The notes below the pieces were generated by a model. The model was not told the origin of the DNA. It worked only from the letters and a program-made list of their open reading frames with translations, and ran no database searches. A stretch of DNA of 64,000 bases from Octopus sinensis (taxonomy: Eukaryota): contig NC_042999.1 in NCBI RefSeq assembly GCF_006345805.1, positions 7,688,001-7,752,000 of the forward strand, read 5' to 3'. Below are positions 61,600 to 64,000 of the stretch, piece after piece. Numbering within the stretch: position 1 is the stretch's first letter; every line of letters begins with the position of its first letter. Both the position numbers and the translations under genes were made by a program.

Positions 61600-61865
61600 G
61601 GTACTTATGTTATCGATGCCGAAAGGATGTAAGGTATAGAAAAGATAGATAAATGCAATCCTTTTAAGTACGAAATAGCTCGGCTATGGAAAACGAAGAA
61701 GCTGAAGACATTGCCAATTAATGCTGGGTCCTCAGGAAGAATATCAGAAGGCATCAAGAGGAATATTAAGGTAATTGGACTAGAGTGCCCAGTAGAACTG
61801 TTACAAAAGGTTTGCTTCCTTGGCACGGCCAGAATGATCAGGAAAGTATTAGCTAGCTGAAAAGA
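61600..61865 (+). pseudogene. R4/Dong-like LINE C-terminal fragment
   Basis: KYEIARLWK..KTLPINAGSSG.I....IK.IGL....ELLQKVCFLGTARMIRKVL*. Confidence 0.7.
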
Positions 61866-62149
61866 ACGAGTAGCGTCGTATCGTAGGCTGCAGGTAGTAA
61901 ATCCGCTACGCATGCAAGACCCCGGGAGCTCCAATAAAACCTGTGATAGACAGAAAATAATAATAGCCTAAAAATGTGGCTTTTGGCCGTTAATTCTTCC
62001 AGCAGATCTTTGCAATGTAGACTTTTTGGCGGGTAGAGTATCAAATATCTAAAGTTTGATATTTTAACATGTCTTAACGTAGAGGGTAAAATCCTCTAGA
62101 ATGTTGTAAATTTTAGCTGTAAGACCTAAATGAATGAGTGAGCTGCCGG

Positions 62150-62360
62150 GGCGTTCTCTGTCCATGTTGACCCTTCATCTGCATTTGTAGGTCTGGATAA
62201 CGTTTATCTTAAGGAAAGGCCAAAGTTCTGGACCGAATGTAATGTCGAGAACGCAAAGCACGATTCTCCAGCAATTCTGAAGATCCCCAACCCTAGATCC
62301 GTACTTCTTATCGACCACAAAACCATGAAAAGCTAAAATACCTCGGTAGAAAGTCGGAAT
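62150..62360 (-). pseudogene. APE-endonuclease relic of a LINE (RTE-like)
   Basis: GFVVDKKY..V.DL...RIV..L....L.INV(Y.PT) motif order. Confidence 0.4.
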
Positions 62361-62637
62361 AAATATCTCAATCAATTCATTCCTATGCTACAACAGTTCG
62401 ACTCCTTCTTTGCCACCCCCGCTGACCTCATGCAATGAATATTTTAGTGACAGATGGCTTAATATAATATTATAAGAAGAACACGTCACTTCGTACACTC
62501 TTCTATAATAACATGTCGCTCTTTTCCTGTGACATTGCAATCCTCTTCGATAAATAAATGCGTAGTTATATAGACAAACTTAAATACATACGCATTTGTG
62601 TGTGTATGTGCATGTGCTTATATATATATATTATATA

Positions 62638-62693
<56 letters not shown>

Positions 62694-64000
62694 ATATGTA
62701 TATACACATACATACATATACATACACGCACACATTTATACTCTTAAATATTCTTGTACAAATGACATGTGCTTTCCTCCAATATAATACAGATTAAGTT
62801 AAAAATACGACAGTTAGAAAATATAATGTTGAATATTACATTGACTTCTGGCTTGAAACTCGTCACATTTTTTACACTGAATAAATCAAGTTATTTAGAC
62901 ATATTAAAATGTAGTGTTTAGATTTTGCATCACGAAGGAAAAAAGCCAAAAAGACGAAAAAAAAACCGGACCTTATTAATAAGTTTTAATCTTAGCTGCA
63001 TTTATGGAGATCCATTAATTTTAGTCACAGAAATGGAATTTACGCCGATTCTTTTACAGTAATAATAAATCCCATTTTCGAATCTTTAGAGTTGTTTAAA
63101 TTCTAAAACTTTCACTTCTAAGTTTCCATCGTAGGATTCTCTACAATCTCCCCATTATAAATAATCTTATACTATAATTATCACACTTACATTGTAATGG
63201 TAAGTAATTTTTCTGTCTGTCTGACTTTGTTTCTCTCTTCCTTTCCCTCCCTCTCTTTCTTTCTTCAAGAACTGTTCTTAATTTAATGATTCTATATATT
63301 TGGCTAATCATCTTAAATCCCACAGAACCCAATTTCCCTATACCATAATTCCGCCAATTCTAACAATCGACAGTCTTCACTTAGCAAGAAATCTCATATT
63401 ATCTCCATCGTATCTAACTTGTTCAATTTACTTCTTAAACCCATCATTATTTCGACAGTAAATCAAATGATTCTGACGCCGAATCGTTGCTGTACTATGC
63501 ACTTTAAATAATACATATCTATTATCTCGAATCAATTTAATCTCGCTTTCTGGTGACATTTGCATAGAAGCAATTATGTAATTATGTAATCCCGGCGCTA
63601 TAGGAACGGTCAATTTTGCCCTCGAAATGTTCACACTGTTGTAAACTTTAATAACAGTCATTTTCTTCATTTTGTCGAACCTAATCAATCTCATTTACAT
63701 TTTCAGAGTATCTCATCAGTAAAAAACCTACTCAAATTGCTAAATTTATATAGAATACATAATCAAGAATTGTTCTCATGTGAAACGAAACGGCGTGGAA
63801 GCTTTAATGAAATTTCTTTATTTGTACCAAAATATTCATCTTCAACTAGAACTGCTACGATCAATACAACCCGCCGGTTTCAATCTTACTACTGCTCAAA
63901 ACCGCATTTACAACGTCTGAAGAAAGTAAGAGACTTAGAATCAAATCCTTTTTCACTGGTTTGATTCCAGTTTACAAAAGTAGCTTATATATTTTATATA

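Noticed and set aside
63250-63700. 88-aa and 63-aa minus-strand ORFs as a gene or APE domain
   Set aside because: Only a weak GSVGF..RIIKL echo; not enough to support a call.

Overview
AT-rich, repeat-saturated animal genomic DNA, most likely from an octopus (inferred from the tRNA-derived SINE families and dense (TA)n/(CA)n tracts; not verified by search). I find no credible host protein-coding exon, so the window is intergenic or deep intronic. It holds about 35 SINE copies from four or five families, non-autonomous Helitrons (including a head-to-tail array), Tc1/mariner, pogo and hAT remnants, and decayed RTE, CR1-like, R4/Dong-like and Penelope-like (GIY-YIG) retroelements. The main result is more than ten hammerhead-ribozyme (HHR) motifs in short non-coding elements sitting in (TA)n tracts. 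Several are ordinary or minimal type I HHRs of the kind known from Penelope-like elements. Five loci (883-963, 7365-7423, 13999-14078, 14779-14852, 35196-35277) instead carry all three catalytic-core strands in a shuffled order: [stem III-NUH-stem I], [GAAA-stem III], [stem I-CUGANGA]. That order is not a circular permutation of types I-III, and stems I and III show compensatory changes. All alignments and folds were done by eye; element boundaries are approximate unless a target-site duplication (TSD) or terminal motif is quoted.
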